Shown here piece after piece: positions 38,409-48,832 of a stretch of 57,279 bases of DNA. The position numbers and the translations under genes are program-made. The notes under the pieces were generated by a model. The model ran no database searches, was not told the origin of the DNA, and saw only the letters and a program-made list of their open reading frames with translations. Each line of letters opens with the position of its first letter. Position 1 is the stretch's first letter. This DNA comes from a virus (lineage: Duplodnaviria > Caudoviricetes): positions 1-57,279 of the IMG/VR virus record IMGVR_UViG_3300009154_000068. One strand, written 5' to 3'.

Positions 38409-38666
38409 ATGATACCAGTAGTTGATCTCGATAAATGTGAGTTCCGTGCTCATTGTGGTAAACTGACTCTTGCTAGTGAATATGTTGGCATGCCAAATGC
38501 TATACGTATTCGCAGCCATCACACTGGTCGTACAGTATTATTCCGTCCTGTAGGACCAAATGATCCTTTGTTTGATCAAGACCAATGGGATGGCGAACAA
38601 ATGGTTTACCGACCAACCGAGCCAACAAACAATGCTAAGGTGTTGGTGATTTATAATCAATATTGA
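38409..38666 (+). CDS. Early hypothetical protein
   Basis: ATG after GGAG; IRSHHTGRTV.F. Confidence 0.7.
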   Translation: MIPVVDLDKCEFRAHCGKLTLASEYVGMPNAIRIRSHHTGRTVLFRPVGPNDPLFDQDQWDGEQMVYRPTEPTNNAKVLVIYNQY

Positions 38667-38677
38667 AAGAGAATATT

Positions 38678-38791
38678 ATGAGTTTTGCAAAATCAATAGA
38701 ACTGTTATTACTGTATGCGGTATTATTTTTAATGCTATTAGTTGCGATGCTTATTGCTGGATATGGTTTGGCTCAAATGATTTTTGGTTGA
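38678..38791 (+). CDS. 37 aa membrane peptide (not in ORF track)
   Basis: MSFAKSIELLLLYAVLFLMLLVAMLIAGYGLAQMIFG. Confidence 0.5.
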   Translation: MSFAKSIELLLLYAVLFLMLLVAMLIAGYGLAQMIFG

Positions 38792-38803
38792 TGGGATCAA
38801 AAT

Positions 38804-39214
38804 ATGGGACTTGATCAATACGCATATTCGGCAGTACGAGCAGGACAGCGGGACGATTACTATGCGCAGTATAACGAGCCTGAACGCTCAGTAACTGAAC
38901 CGCGTGAGTTGGCTTATTGGCGTAAACACCCGAATCTCCATGGTTGGTTTCATGAGCTATGGATACGTAAGGGAAAACCAGGGTGGAATAGTCCAGTTGA
39001 TCCTACCTTCAATGGCATTGAGTTAGAACTAACTTGGGATGATCTAGACGAGTTGGAGCATGTAATCAATAACAAAGAATTGCCACCAACTTCAGGATTC
39101 TTTTTTGGCGACAGTCGCGATGATGAATATCGCGACAGAGATCTGGAATTTGTTCGTATAGCCCGTGCCGAGTTGTTCTTAGGACTGAAAGTGTTTTACA
39201 ATAGCAGTTGGTAG
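38804..39214 (+). CDS. Phage hypothetical protein
   Basis: MGLDQY...YWRKH..LHGW...GFFFG...YNSSW. Confidence 0.8.
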   Translation: MGLDQYAYSAVRAGQRDDYYAQYNEPERSVTEPRELAYWRKHPNLHGWFHELWIRKGKPGWNSPVDPTFNGIELELTWDDLDELEHVINNKELPPTSGFFFGDSRDDEYRDRDLEFVRIARAELFLGLKVFYNSSW

Positions 39215-39219
39215 CAAAT

Positions 39220-39684
39220 ATGAAAAAAATCTACTACGAAAAAGTTGGTCGCAGGTATGTGCCGGTTTATGAGTATGATAACGACTTTCTGGATGCATGG
39301 CCTCGTGGCACACATTTAGTGACTTGCCATCCCGGTGGGCAGAGTAGACGCTACAACATTGACCCTAACCATGCGGCCTTGATTGCAGCCGGCACTGTGG
39401 CCGAAGATGCCATCACCCGGGCCATTCATGATGCTAGTGAACTGCGACCCACTCGAACACCTGTTACACCTGCACAACAGCGAGCCTGGCGCAAACTGGC
39501 CAAAGAGTTAGGAGACGAGCTTTGTACACTACAGGGTGCCAGTTCTCGCGACATTGCCGAAGCCGGTGTAAAAGCCATGCGGGCAGAAGCCGATAAACTC
39601 ATGACGAATCCTGCTGTAAAAGCGGCCTATGATCAATTCTTATTTCTATGTGAATTAACTAAAGAATCGGAGAAAGCAAATTGA
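39220..39684 (+). CDS. Hypothetical protein
   Basis: YYEKVGRRYVPV; GC-richer codon usage. Confidence 0.75.
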   Translation: MKKIYYEKVGRRYVPVYEYDNDFLDAWPRGTHLVTCHPGGQSRRYNIDPNHAALIAAGTVAEDAITRAIHDASELRPTRTPVTPAQQRAWRKLAKELGDELCTLQGASSRDIAEAGVKAMRAEADKLMTNPAVKAAYDQFLFLCELTKESEKAN

Positions 39685-40145
39685 AAACTGCGTATATACT
39701 TGTTGGTGTGCCAGGATCAGGAAAAAGCACCTGGGTCAGAAATCAAGATTGGGCGCATGCCTGTTCCTACATTAGTACTGACGAATATGTAGAAGCATAT
39801 GCAAGAAGTGTTGGTAAATCTTATTCAGAAGTGTTTGATGAGTTCATGCCAAAGGCTATTGGCCTCATGGTTGATGAGTTACATTTAGCGATTGACGCTG
39901 AGAAAGATATTATTTGGGATCAAACGTCAACGACTGTAAAAAGCAGAAAGAAAAAATTAGATATGTTGTCAGGCTATCACACAATAGCGGTGATGTTTAA
40001 AACGCCTGATCCATTAGAACTTGTAATTCGATTAAAAAATCGACCAGGTAAAAATGTGCCACAGAATGTAATTAACGATATGATTAGTGGATTTGAACAA
40101 CCGACAATCGAAGAAGGATTTAATGAAATATGGATAGCTCAATGA
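39681..40145 (+). CDS. P-loop kinase (polynucleotide kinase / AAA_33-like)
   Basis: LVGVPGSGKSTW, ISTD, IIWDQT, R. Confidence 0.85.
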   Translation: MKTAYILVGVPGSGKSTWVRNQDWAHACSYISTDEYVEAYARSVGKSYSEVFDEFMPKAIGLMVDELHLAIDAEKDIIWDQTSTTVKSRKKKLDMLSGYHTIAVMFKTPDPLELVIRLKNRPGKNVPQNVINDMISGFEQPTIEEGFNEIWIAQ

Positions 40146-40735
40146 AGAACAAAGTAATATTAGTGGATATAGATGGGGTTGCATTGGATTGGGAATATCC
40201 CTTCAGTGTTTATATGGAAGAACATGGTTTTTCCAAAATACCCGGACATGAATATAATTATGATATTGGTGAACGGTATGACATCAGTAAAAAACAAGCT
40301 AATAAGCTGATAAAAATATTCAATGAATCGGCAGCAATTGGGTTCCTACCTCCCTTGAGGGATTCAATGCATTATGTTAAAAAGTTACATCAAGAGTATG
40401 GTTATGTTTTCCATGCCATTACCAGTCTAAGTACCAATCCCAATGCAGTCAAATTACGGGAAATGAATTTAAGAAAGCTTTTTGGCAAAACAGCTTTTGA
40501 AAAGATAACTTGTTTGGAAACTGGTGCTGACAAGGATCAAGCGTTATCCATTTATAAAAACACTGGGTGTTATTGGATCGAGGATAAAATTAAGAATGCT
40601 GAAGATGGTGCGGCATTGGGGCTCAATGCTTTGTTAATGGAACACGGTCATAACTTAAATTATTACAATGAAAAGATCACTATGGTGAAGAATTGGAAGG
40701 AAATTTTCCAAATCATCACCAAGCAATCCGAATAA
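40142..40735 (+). CDS. HAD-family 5'(3')-nucleotidase-like protein
   Basis: LVDIDGV, AITS, K, WIEDK. Confidence 0.82.
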   Translation: MKNKVILVDIDGVALDWEYPFSVYMEEHGFSKIPGHEYNYDIGERYDISKKQANKLIKIFNESAAIGFLPPLRDSMHYVKKLHQEYGYVFHAITSLSTNPNAVKLREMNLRKLFGKTAFEKITCLETGADKDQALSIYKNTGCYWIEDKIKNAEDGAALGLNALLMEHGHNLNYYNEKITMVKNWKEIFQIITKQSE

Positions 40736-40751
40736 TTGATGCTAGTTTAAG

Positions 40752-41498
40752 TTAAACTTCTTTATAGATTTTTAACACTTCAACAACAGCTGGGTGGCGG
40801 CGTATATCTTGACCACCGAATTCAACGCCGCCGATGTATTTGCATTTTTTATAGTCAGCAACTAAATTTTGAAAGTTTAGCAATCCATTGTCATTGTCAC
40901 TACGATCAGCTTGACGTGTGTCGCCAGTGACGGCCATTTTGGATCCATCGCCTAAGCGGGTAAGCAGCATCTTCATTTGGCTAGGAGTTGCATTTTGCAT
41001 TTCATCTGCAATAATAAATGCATCCTTAAATGTCCGCCCCCTCATAAATGCTAGGGGAGATATCTCAATTATTTGGTCATCTAGCATTCTAGCAATATCT
41101 TTTGGGCTATAGTATTCACTGATATAATCAATAATAGGTCTAGTCCAAGGTTCCATTTTGGCATTCAAATCACCAGGTAAAAATCCATGTTTTTCATCAT
41201 CCACACCCACGGCTGGCCTGGTTATAACGATTCTTTTGACTTCACCAGCTTTATAAGCTCTAACAGCGGCCAAAACAGCCAACATGGTTTTACCAGTACC
41301 TGCCGGGCCTGTAGCAAAAACAATTAACTTTTCTGGGTCTGTTAACAGATTAATATATTCCTCTTGCTTGAGTGTTTTGGGAATAAGATTGACTGATTTT
41401 TTGTAATGTGAGTAAGAATTAAAACTAATAGTATTATCTGGGACTGCGTTGTGTGCGGGTTGTTGCACAGCATAGTCACGGTTTCTTCTTTTTGACAA
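40752..41498 (-). CDS. phoH: PhoH-like ATPase
   Basis: GPAGTGKT, ITRPAV, GFLPG, FMRGRTF, DEMQN, GD..Q.D, RH. Confidence 0.96.
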   Translation of the reverse strand: MSKRRNRDYAVQQPAHNAVPDNTISFNSYSHYKKSVNLIPKTLKQEEYINLLTDPEKLIVFATGPAGTGKTMLAVLAAVRAYKAGEVKRIVITRPAVGVDDEKHGFLPGDLNAKMEPWTRPIIDYISEYYSPKDIARMLDDQIIEISPLAFMRGRTFKDAFIIADEMQNATPSQMKMLLTRLGDGSKMAVTGDTRQADRSDNDNGLLNFQNLVADYKKCKYIGGVEFGGQDIRRHPAVVEVLKIYKEV

Positions 41499-41655
41499 AT
41501 GAATTCTCCTAATGAGTGGCTAGTATCCCTAGTCACACAAATATTTACGAGTCGGAGTCATGGATTTCAAGTGTGCGTTAATGATGAGATCATTTGATAT
41601 AAGTATTATGCTCAGCAGAATGTTTTGGTATTGGTCTTGGGATTTATTTTTTTAC

Positions 41656-41663
41656 TATAAATA
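41656..41663 (+). promoter_or_regulatory. T4-type late promoter
   Basis: TATAAATA heading the operon that includes the lysis genes. Confidence 0.7.
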
Positions 41664-41684
41664 TAATAAATCGGAACCTAAAAA

Positions 41685-42212
41685 ATGGCCACTAATATTA
41701 AAGAAATCATCAAAAATACCAAAGATATTTTCATGACCGACAGCGCATTAGTCAGTCTGTTGGAATTTGAGCGGGTGATTGACCAGCTTGATGTGTATGT
41801 TTTCAAAAATTGGAAACAGGGTGAATTAGCCAAAGGTCCAGTTTATGAAAAATATTTTATCACTTGTACATTCATGTGGCCCTATAAAAAAATGCCTGAT
41901 CCTAGCGGTGGCCAAAGATTATTGGACTATGGATGTGAAGTAAGATATAAAAAGGCGATTTTAAAATACCCAGTGAAGGTCAAAACGCCCAATGATTTCG
42001 AGCCAGGGACAAAAATGCCTAAAATGGCAAAGACTCCAATTTGGTTTGTTGAAATTTCAATGCCTAGACAATTGATGAGTGAGATTCATAGGGGCAGTAT
42101 TGAGATAGAAAGCGAGCTCTATGATGCAGATGAAATTGCCAGTGCATATGAACAGGGCGCGAATAATGATGTGTATGACGAAAGAAAGGATCAAAATGAA
42201 CAAGCTCAATAA
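41685..42212 (+). CDS. Late hypothetical protein
   Basis: 175 aa; FERV.D..D.YVF.NW..GEL..GP. Confidence 0.75.
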   Translation: MATNIKEIIKNTKDIFMTDSALVSLLEFERVIDQLDVYVFKNWKQGELAKGPVYEKYFITCTFMWPYKKMPDPSGGQRLLDYGCEVRYKKAILKYPVKVKTPNDFEPGTKMPKMAKTPIWFVEISMPRQLMSEIHRGSIEIESELYDADEIASAYEQGANNDVYDERKDQNEQAQ

Positions 42213-42765
42213 TATTGATAATGTATTTGAAGGGCTTGAGCATGGGGATTTGAATAAAATGATTCATGAAGAAATACACATCGATGAATATAAAAGCAAA
42301 ATGGGAGACGATGAAGACATCATTGTTACCAGCTTTAAAGTTGGGTCTTTAGAAGCTGCCGAAGATCTAGTGAATTTCATTGAAAAGGGCTATGATTGGG
42401 TATTGGATGCAGATGCCAGTTCCGGAGAATTGGAAGATGGTTCATATGTGACTTTTGTTGAATCAGAAAGAAATAAAAAGTTCATCGACAATCTAATATC
42501 CTTATTGAAAGATTTGGAAAATTTAACTGATATAAAACTTGGTCAGTGGAGAATTAAGTATCACAAAGTTCCTGGCGAATATGCTGCTGATAAAGATCAA
42601 TTGATTGATATTATTCCTTTAACTATCAATGAGTATCAAAAGTTTGTTTCAGATAAAACTCGAGACTTAGACAAAATCAAAACAGCCGCAGGTGTTGAGG
42701 TCAATACCAAAGCTCCAAAGAATGAATTTACTGAAAGTATTAGAATTGCGGCAGGGATACGATAA
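42196..42765 (+). CDS. Late hypothetical protein
   Basis: AAGGA SD before 42196; IDEYKSKMG.D; ends IRIAAGIR. Confidence 0.7.
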   Translation: MNKLNNIDNVFEGLEHGDLNKMIHEEIHIDEYKSKMGDDEDIIVTSFKVGSLEAAEDLVNFIEKGYDWVLDADASSGELEDGSYVTFVESERNKKFIDNLISLLKDLENLTDIKLGQWRIKYHKVPGEYAADKDQLIDIIPLTINEYQKFVSDKTRDLDKIKTAAGVEVNTKAPKNEFTESIRIAAGIR

Positions 42766-43205
42766 TGTGGTTTTTATCATTACTACCAACTTCAATAATC
42801 AATTTTGCACTTAATGCCATTTTAATTGTTGGACTTTTTGGCTTATTATTGTCTATCATGGTAACCTATAGGTTTGCCAATCCAGGACCTGGAAAACTGG
42901 TTCAATGGTTCAGTGTTGCACTATTAGTTTTGGGTATATATTTTCGTGGTGCGTATGATTCAGAAATGTCGTGGCGTACGAAAGTTGCAGTAGCAGAAAA
43001 AAGAGTAGAAGAACTTCAAGCTATGGCGGCTAGGGAAAATACAAAAATAGTTGAAAAAGTTGTAACTAAAACTCAAGTCATAAGAGAAAAATCTAAAGAT
43101 ATAGTTCAATTTGTAGATCGAGAAGTGGTTAAATATGATAACATATGTTCTATTCCTAAAGAAGTAGTACAGGCGCATAATCAAGCAGCAGGACAACTTA
43201 AATGA
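42765..43205 (+). CDS. Inner-membrane spanin (Rz-like)
   Basis: N-terminal TM segments, coiled coil, C-terminal Cys; upstream of a lipoprotein and the endolysin. Confidence 0.7.
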   Translation: MWFLSLLPTSIINFALNAILIVGLFGLLLSIMVTYRFANPGPGKLVQWFSVALLVLGIYFRGAYDSEMSWRTKVAVAEKRVEELQAMAARENTKIVEKVVTKTQVIREKSKDIVQFVDREVVKYDNICSIPKEVVQAHNQAAGQLK

Positions 43206-43471
43206 TGAAAATTATATCTGTTATTTTTTTAGCAATTTCTCTGGCAGGATGTTCAACCGTAGTTCCAGTAACTGCTAAGTTCCCGCCAATTCCAGGATAT
43301 TTATTAGAAACTTGTCCTCAATTGAAAATGATCGAAGGTGATTCTGCCACTATGAGTCAGTTTACTAAAACTGTAGTGATTAACTATACAACTTATTATG
43401 AGTGTGCAGTCAAAAATGATGCCTGGATAGAATGGTATCAGATACAAAAAAAATTATATGAAAGTAAATAA
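43202..43471 (+). CDS. Outer-membrane spanin lipoprotein (Rz1-like)
   Basis: Lipobox LAGC; Pro-rich; two further Cys. Confidence 0.78.
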   Translation: MMKIISVIFLAISLAGCSTVVPVTAKFPPIPGYLLETCPQLKMIEGDSATMSQFTKTVVINYTTYYECAVKNDAWIEWYQIQKKLYESK

Positions 43472-43474
43472 TCA

Positions 43475-44092
43475 ATGAGCACTATGAAATTGGATCAATT
43501 AAAAGCATTTTTGCCAAAAAATACACATTTGGAAGAATGGGCGCCTGCGTTAGAAAAATTTCTAACCAAATATGAAATAAACACTAAACAAAGAATTTCG
43601 GCCTTTATGGCACAATGTGCTCACGAATCTGCAGAATTCACTGCTATTAAAGAAAACTTAAATTATGGTGCCCCTGGCTTAATGGGAGTGTTTAAAAAAT
43701 ATTTCCCAACAGAAGCTTTGGCTAAAGAATATGAGCGCAAACCAGAAAAAATTGCTAATCGAGTCTATGCAAATCGTATGGGCAATGGCGATGAGGCTAG
43801 TGGTGACGGGTTCAAATTTTGTGGCAGAGGGTTAATTCAAATCACTGGCAAAGACAATTATACTAGATTTGGTAAAAGTATAGAAATGAATGTGGATCAA
43901 GTATCTACATATATGACTACCATTGACGGTGCAGTTGAATCGGCTTGTTGGTTTTGGAAAATTAATAATTTAAATAAATGGGCCGATGCCTCTGACATTA
44001 AGCAAATAACAAAAATTATCAATGGCGGTTATAATGGTTTAGAGGATAGACAAGCTCATTATGATAAAGCATTGAAAATATTTACAGTATAG
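43475..44092 (+). CDS. Glycoside hydrolase family 19 endolysin
   Basis: FMAQCAHES, ENLNY, GRGLIQITGKDNY, SACWFW, INGG.NGL.DR. Confidence 0.95.
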   Translation: MSTMKLDQLKAFLPKNTHLEEWAPALEKFLTKYEINTKQRISAFMAQCAHESAEFTAIKENLNYGAPGLMGVFKKYFPTEALAKEYERKPEKIANRVYANRMGNGDEASGDGFKFCGRGLIQITGKDNYTRFGKSIEMNVDQVSTYMTTIDGAVESACWFWKINNLNKWADASDIKQITKIINGGYNGLEDRQAHYDKALKIFTV

Positions 44093-44101
44093 GAATCAAT
44101 T

Positions 44102-44599
44102 ATGACACAAAATATCATTTATGGTGAAGAGCCATTTAATCCAGGATCCTCGACACAGCCAGCAAATCCTGTCCCGCCAACAGAACCCACCTTGCTAGAT
44201 CAGGAGATTATCTATGGAGACCATCCTTATGATCCAGGTACCCCTAGTGCTACTGGAGCCACTGGACCAACTGCACCACAGCCAACATCTATATCTGGTT
44301 ACACTGGCAGTCGTGGAACACGTGGACTAAAGGGCGATACAGGTAATGTTGGTCCAACTGGGCCTGCTGGATATACAGGATCTAGAGGCACTGCTGGAAC
44401 GGCCGGCACTGCTGGAACACCTGGACAAACAGGTTATACTGGTAGTTTTGGTTATGCAGGCAGTAGAGGGCTTGTTGGATACACCGGCAGTGCTGGTCGA
44501 ATTGATTTGGGCAACTTAATTAATGTCAACATTGTTGACCCAAAGCCAGGTCAATTTTTAATGTTTGATGGACAAAATTGGGTTAACACTGATTTGTAA
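44102..44599 (+). CDS. Collagen-like fibre protein
   Basis: GxY and GYTGS repeats; duplicated IIYG..P..PG; C-terminal GQFLMFDGQNWVN. Confidence 0.8.
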   Translation: MTQNIIYGEEPFNPGSSTQPANPVPPTEPTLLDQEIIYGDHPYDPGTPSATGATGPTAPQPTSISGYTGSRGTRGLKGDTGNVGPTGPAGYTGSRGTAGTAGTAGTPGQTGYTGSFGYAGSRGLVGYTGSAGRIDLGNLINVNIVDPKPGQFLMFDGQNWVNTDL

Positions 44600-44642
44600 T
44601 TTTTACAATATATAAAGAATTTAAACTTTTAACAGGTATTAA

Positions 44643-47600
44643 ATGCCAACTCCAACAATATCAATAGAAACATCAATAGTTGGTGACTATCAGGCCATAA
44701 AATATACTTTCAAAACTACAGACATTCCTGATTACTCAAATATTTTCTGGACAGAAATAGGAACTGCAAAGGATGGCTCTTTTTTCTACGGTGGTTCAAC
44801 GGGCTCGACATATATTTATAATAATACTGCTATTTTGACAAGAGTTCTATTAGAAAATTTTATTACTAACGCTAGAACAGCTACTACAAAACTTGACATA
44901 GTTGTCTATCCATATCGGTCAAATAGTATATTATTAACGGCTAAGTCGGATGAGTTACAAGTCATTAACCGGTCTGCACTTTTAGGTTCAGATATTGACT
45001 ATACTACTTGGGGAGAAGCACTTTATGATGAAAATACTGCTAATATAATTAGCAGTAGCAATACTCAAATTATTTATGAATGGACTTGTCCCCCTGGCGT
45101 TACATCAGTTAGTGTAGTTTGTATAGGTAGTGGCGGTTCCACAGGATTTTGGCAATCAAAACTTGGTGGTGGCGGCGGTGGTCTGGGGTGGAAAAATAAT
45201 ATTTCAGTAAAACCAGGCGAAAAGTATAAGGTTGTTGTCGGGAGAGCTTCGATGACAATATACACTTCATATCCCGAAATTTATGGTAGAAGTGGAATTC
45301 CTGGCGGAAATACCAGCTATTTTATAGACACTAACACTGTTGCTGGGTTTGGTGGCGAATCAGCAAAATATGCTGACCAAAATATAGAAAATGTGGAAGT
45401 TAATGGCAAAACATATCAGTATATGTCTGGGGGTAAGGGTGGGGGATTTTTTGGTGATGGTGGTGGCCGGGGTGGTGATGGTGGGTCTGTTCCTTCTGGC
45501 TCACTTAGTTACACAGAATCTTCTTATGAAAATGGTTATGGTAACTTTACCATGGCCAAAAATGGATCAGCGGGTGGTGGCGGGTGTGGGTGGTACGATG
45601 GTCCTGGGGGCGATGGTGGGTATGCTGACGGTATTGCTTACGCAGTATGGGACGTATATAATGCCACGACGAATAAGTTTGTGTATACCTCCTCAATTTC
45701 AGGTATACAAAAAAGTTCAATTAGTACGTTGTTTGGGACGGATGTCAGAATTTCCAGTGGCAACCGCGAGGGCTACTTCCAGACGGTTGCGACTATGGGT
45801 GGCTATGGTACTACTCCTTATGGTGGAAGATTAATTTACGGCTATAACCTCTACGCCACCATAACAAGCCAACAGGTAGGCCGGACAATAAACATTGTTA
45901 GAGCAGGTAATTATGGTGGTGGTGCGGGTTATGGTACTCAAGACATTCTTGTTGAGGTGGGAGCTAGTAAGAATTTCAGTGGCGGCGGCTGTGTTAGAAT
46001 AATATGGCCAGGCGATGTTAGAAAATTTCCATACACATTTGCTGGTGAAACGCCAAAAGTCAAAGTCGATGTTACTCCGTCCTCAAGTGTTTCTGAGACA
46101 GGGTCGAACAAATATTTGCTTTTTATTATCACCACTATCAATTTGACTGATTCTACTAGACTATTTTGGAGAACTACTGGTGGGGATACAGATCAGAAAG
46201 ATTTTAAAGAGAATATAAATTCAGGTGAAGTTAGTGTTATGTCAAATAAGGCCTATGTTAATTTAACACTGGTGGAAGATAATAAATTTGAGGGGACAGA
46301 AAAAATACTTTTTGAAGTAATGTATGACGGGATTCTTGGAAAACCTGTTGCCAGTGTTGAAATTCCTGTCAATGACACGAGCAAACCGGCCCCTGAGATT
46401 ACTATAGCACCAGATAAAAAATCAATCAACGAGACCGATAATAATAAAGTAAAATATACTGTGTCTACAAAAAACATAGCCGATGGGTCAATTTTGAATT
46501 GGTATATTAGAGGATCAATTAAATCAAATGATCTTATTGGTGGCCAAATTTCAGGAACAGTCACTATTAACGTTCCTCCAAGATCAGACACTGGCTCTGG
46601 CACCATTCTTTTAGAATTAAAACCTGATTTGACAACCGAAGGTGTTGAAAATATAATATTGGAACTTAGATACGGAGCATTGGTGATTAATGCAGATCCG
46701 GTTCTTGTGGCCGATACCAGCATAACACCCCCAATATCCTATAATATATCTGTAGATAACGGCGCAACAAGTGTTGATGAAGATGGTGTTGTAAAATATA
46801 TCGTATCAACAGTTAGTATTCCAAATGGCACAACTCTTTATTGGACAAACAAAGGAACAACTTCGGCGGCCGATTTTTCCGACAATGTAAACTCAGGGTT
46901 TTTCACCATTTCAGTTCCTCCAGAATCATATAATGGTACTGCCACTATTGAAAGAAAACTGTCAAAAGATTTTCTTTATTTTGAAGGCGATGAAACTATA
47001 ATATTGGAACTTAGATCATCAGGAGGGCCTACAGGCAAACTTGAATCAACAGCAGGTGTGGTGCTTGTTAAAGATGTTGTTCCACAGATTACTATAGAAC
47101 CAGATAAAAAAATTATCAATGAGACTGACGACAATCAAGTAACATATAAACTTACTGCAACAAATGCGTCGACTGATCTAAATCTTACCTGGTATAATAT
47201 AGGAAAAATTAAAGCAAGTGATTTTATTGATGGCAAAAATACGGGAGAAGTTACTATTAAAGGGGGAACAAACGCTCCTCCTTCCTTCATTACTTTAAAA
47301 TTAAAACCTGATTTATCGACTGAAGGTGATGAAGATATAATATTGGAACTTAGGTATACCAATGAATTGGGAAAGGTAGTGAAAACAGCCGACGCAGTAA
47401 TAGTTCGGGATACCAGTATTCGACCAGCCCCAGTTTATTCTGTAACTGTGGATAAAAATCTTAGTAGTGTTGATGAAGGCGGCAGTGTAACCTATAATAT
47501 CACAGCTACTAATGTTGATGATGGGGCAAAATTGTTTTGGGTAAACTCGGGAACAAGCTCAGCAGATGATTTTACTGGTAATGAAAATTCGGGGGAAATT

Positions 47601-48776
47601 ATTTTCAAAGTCCCACAAGGGTCGGATACGGGGACAGCTAATAAAACTTTGGTTATAGTAAAAGATCAACGCACAGATTCCGGTGAAAATATAATATTTG
47701 AACTTAGGTCTGGTAGTACTACTGGCAAATTGGAGGCTAAAGCACCAGAGGTGAAAATCAACGATACGAGCAAAGATCCTCCATCCTATACTATATCAGT
47801 CAATAACCAAGAGATTTTTGAAGGCGATTCAATAAATTTCACAGTTACTGCGAAAAACGCTCCAATTGGTACTCAGTTATATGTAACTCTGAACGGAGTT
47901 CTTGGTCAAGACTTTTCTCAAGGTGGTAATATCATTGGACCTATAACAACAGATAGTGATCCCTATTCTTATACATTTACAAAAACCACAGTCATTGATT
48001 CCATTTACGGGGTTGACAAAAAATTCAAAGCGGAGTTAACAACTGGAATTCAAGCATCGAAAGTGGAAGCTAGTACTCCCGATATCACAATTAAAAATAA
48101 AACTCCGCCACCGCCACCAACTTTTATTCTCAATGAATATCCACTGACTGCGGTGTTTAATGATTCGAACACCGTTACGGCAAATTTAAACAATGTGGGA
48201 AATTATAAAATTACTTGGGATTTAGGTGCTACATTAGTAAACACACTTTCCGACAATAACAAATGCGTAATTGGTATAAAATGGAGCTCGCTGGTTGGTG
48301 GGCCCAAGTCTGGAACACTCACTTTTCCTATTATTGCCACTTGGACTGATAACGGTGGTGGGCGAGCTACAACTAACTTAGTACTAACATATACTACCCC
48401 ACCAACATTTAAATTTAAGATACAAAATGCAGAGAAGAATGTGACTTTAACTTCACCAAGCAATCCAAAGCCTAGAAAAAATGCAGAATCATCATGGAGT
48501 ATTAGTTTAAGCGGCGCGAACGGTCCTGGGCTAGTTACTGTTAGCGTTGGGTCTGTATCTCCAACAGGTTGGCTGGCGTATATCGGAACAGGAGCACCAT
48601 CTGTACAGACTAAAAGCATACAAATGAAAGCTTCTGGTAGTACTGACCCCGGACTAGCATCTACTACTGTTAGTCTAATTGTAAAACCAGGATCTACGGG
48701 GGCTGGAAGTGGTACATTCACAATTTCAGGTGGTCTTTCAAATTATACTGTGAGCTGGAGCATAACTGCGGTTTAA
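44643..48776 (+). CDS. Large virion adhesin-like protein: Gly-rich domain plus tandem Ig/Calx-beta-like repeats
   Basis: WTCPPGVTSVSVVCIG.GG...GGGCVRIIW; repeated S(V/I).E...V.Y...T...L.W.....DF...D..TEG.E.I..ELR. Confidence 0.8.
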   Translation: MPTPTISIETSIVGDYQAIKYTFKTTDIPDYSNIFWTEIGTAKDGSFFYGGSTGSTYIYNNTAILTRVLLENFITNARTATTKLDIVVYPYRSNSILLTAKSDELQVINRSALLGSDIDYTTWGEALYDENTANIISSSNTQIIYEWTCPPGVTSVSVVCIGSGGSTGFWQSKLGGGGGGLGWKNNISVKPGEKYKVVVGRASMTIYTSYPEIYGRSGIPGGNTSYFIDTNTVAGFGGESAKYADQNIENVEVNGKTYQYMSGGKGGGFFGDGGGRGGDGGSVPSGSLSYTESSYENGYGNFTMAKNGSAGGGGCGWYDGPGGDGGYADGIAYAVWDVYNATTNKFVYTSSISGIQKSSISTLFGTDVRISSGNREGYFQTVATMGGYGTTPYGGRLIYGYNLYATITSQQVGRTINIVRAGNYGGGAGYGTQDILVEVGASKNFSGGGCVRIIWPGDVRKFPYTFAGETPKVKVDVTPSSSVSETGSNKYLLFIITTINLTDSTRLFWRTTGGDTDQKDFKENINSGEVSVMSNKAYVNLTLVEDNKFEGTEKILFEVMYDGILGKPVASVEIPVNDTSKPAPEITIAPDKKSINETDNNKVKYTVSTKNIADGSILNWYIRGSIKSNDLIGGQISGTVTINVPPRSDTGSGTILLELKPDLTTEGVENIILELRYGALVINADPVLVADTSITPPISYNISVDNGATSVDEDGVVKYIVSTVSIPNGTTLYWTNKGTTSAADFSDNVNSGFFTISVPPESYNGTATIERKLSKDFLYFEGDETIILELRSSGGPTGKLESTAGVVLVKDVVPQITIEPDKKIINETDDNQVTYKLTATNASTDLNLTWYNIGKIKASDFIDGKNTGEVTIKGGTNAPPSFITLKLKPDLSTEGDEDIILELRYTNELGKVVKTADAVIVRDTSIRPAPVYSVTVDKNLSSVDEGGSVTYNITATNVDDGAKLFWVNSGTSSADDFTGNENSGEIIFKVPQGSDTGTANKTLVIVKDQRTDSGENIIFELRSGSTTGKLEAKAPEVKINDTSKDPPSYTISVNNQEIFEGDSINFTVTAKNAPIGTQLYVTLNGVLGQDFSQGGNIIGPITTDSDPYSYTFTKTTVIDSIYGVDKKFKAELTTGIQASKVEASTPDITIKNKTPPPPPTFILNEYPLTAVFNDSNTVTANLNNVGNYKITWDLGATLVNTLSDNNKCVIGIKWSSLVGGPKSGTLTFPIIATWTDNGGGRATTNLVLTYTTPPTFKFKIQNAEKNVTLTSPSNPKPRKNAESSWSISLSGANGPGLVTVSVGSVSPTGWLAYIGTGAPSVQTKSIQMKASGSTDPGLASTTVSLIVKPGSTGAGSGTFTISGGLSNYTVSWSITAV

Positions 48777-48832
48777 GTTTGAATAAATTTATTCAAGTTT
48801 TATAATAAATACTATTGAATTTCGGAGAAACT

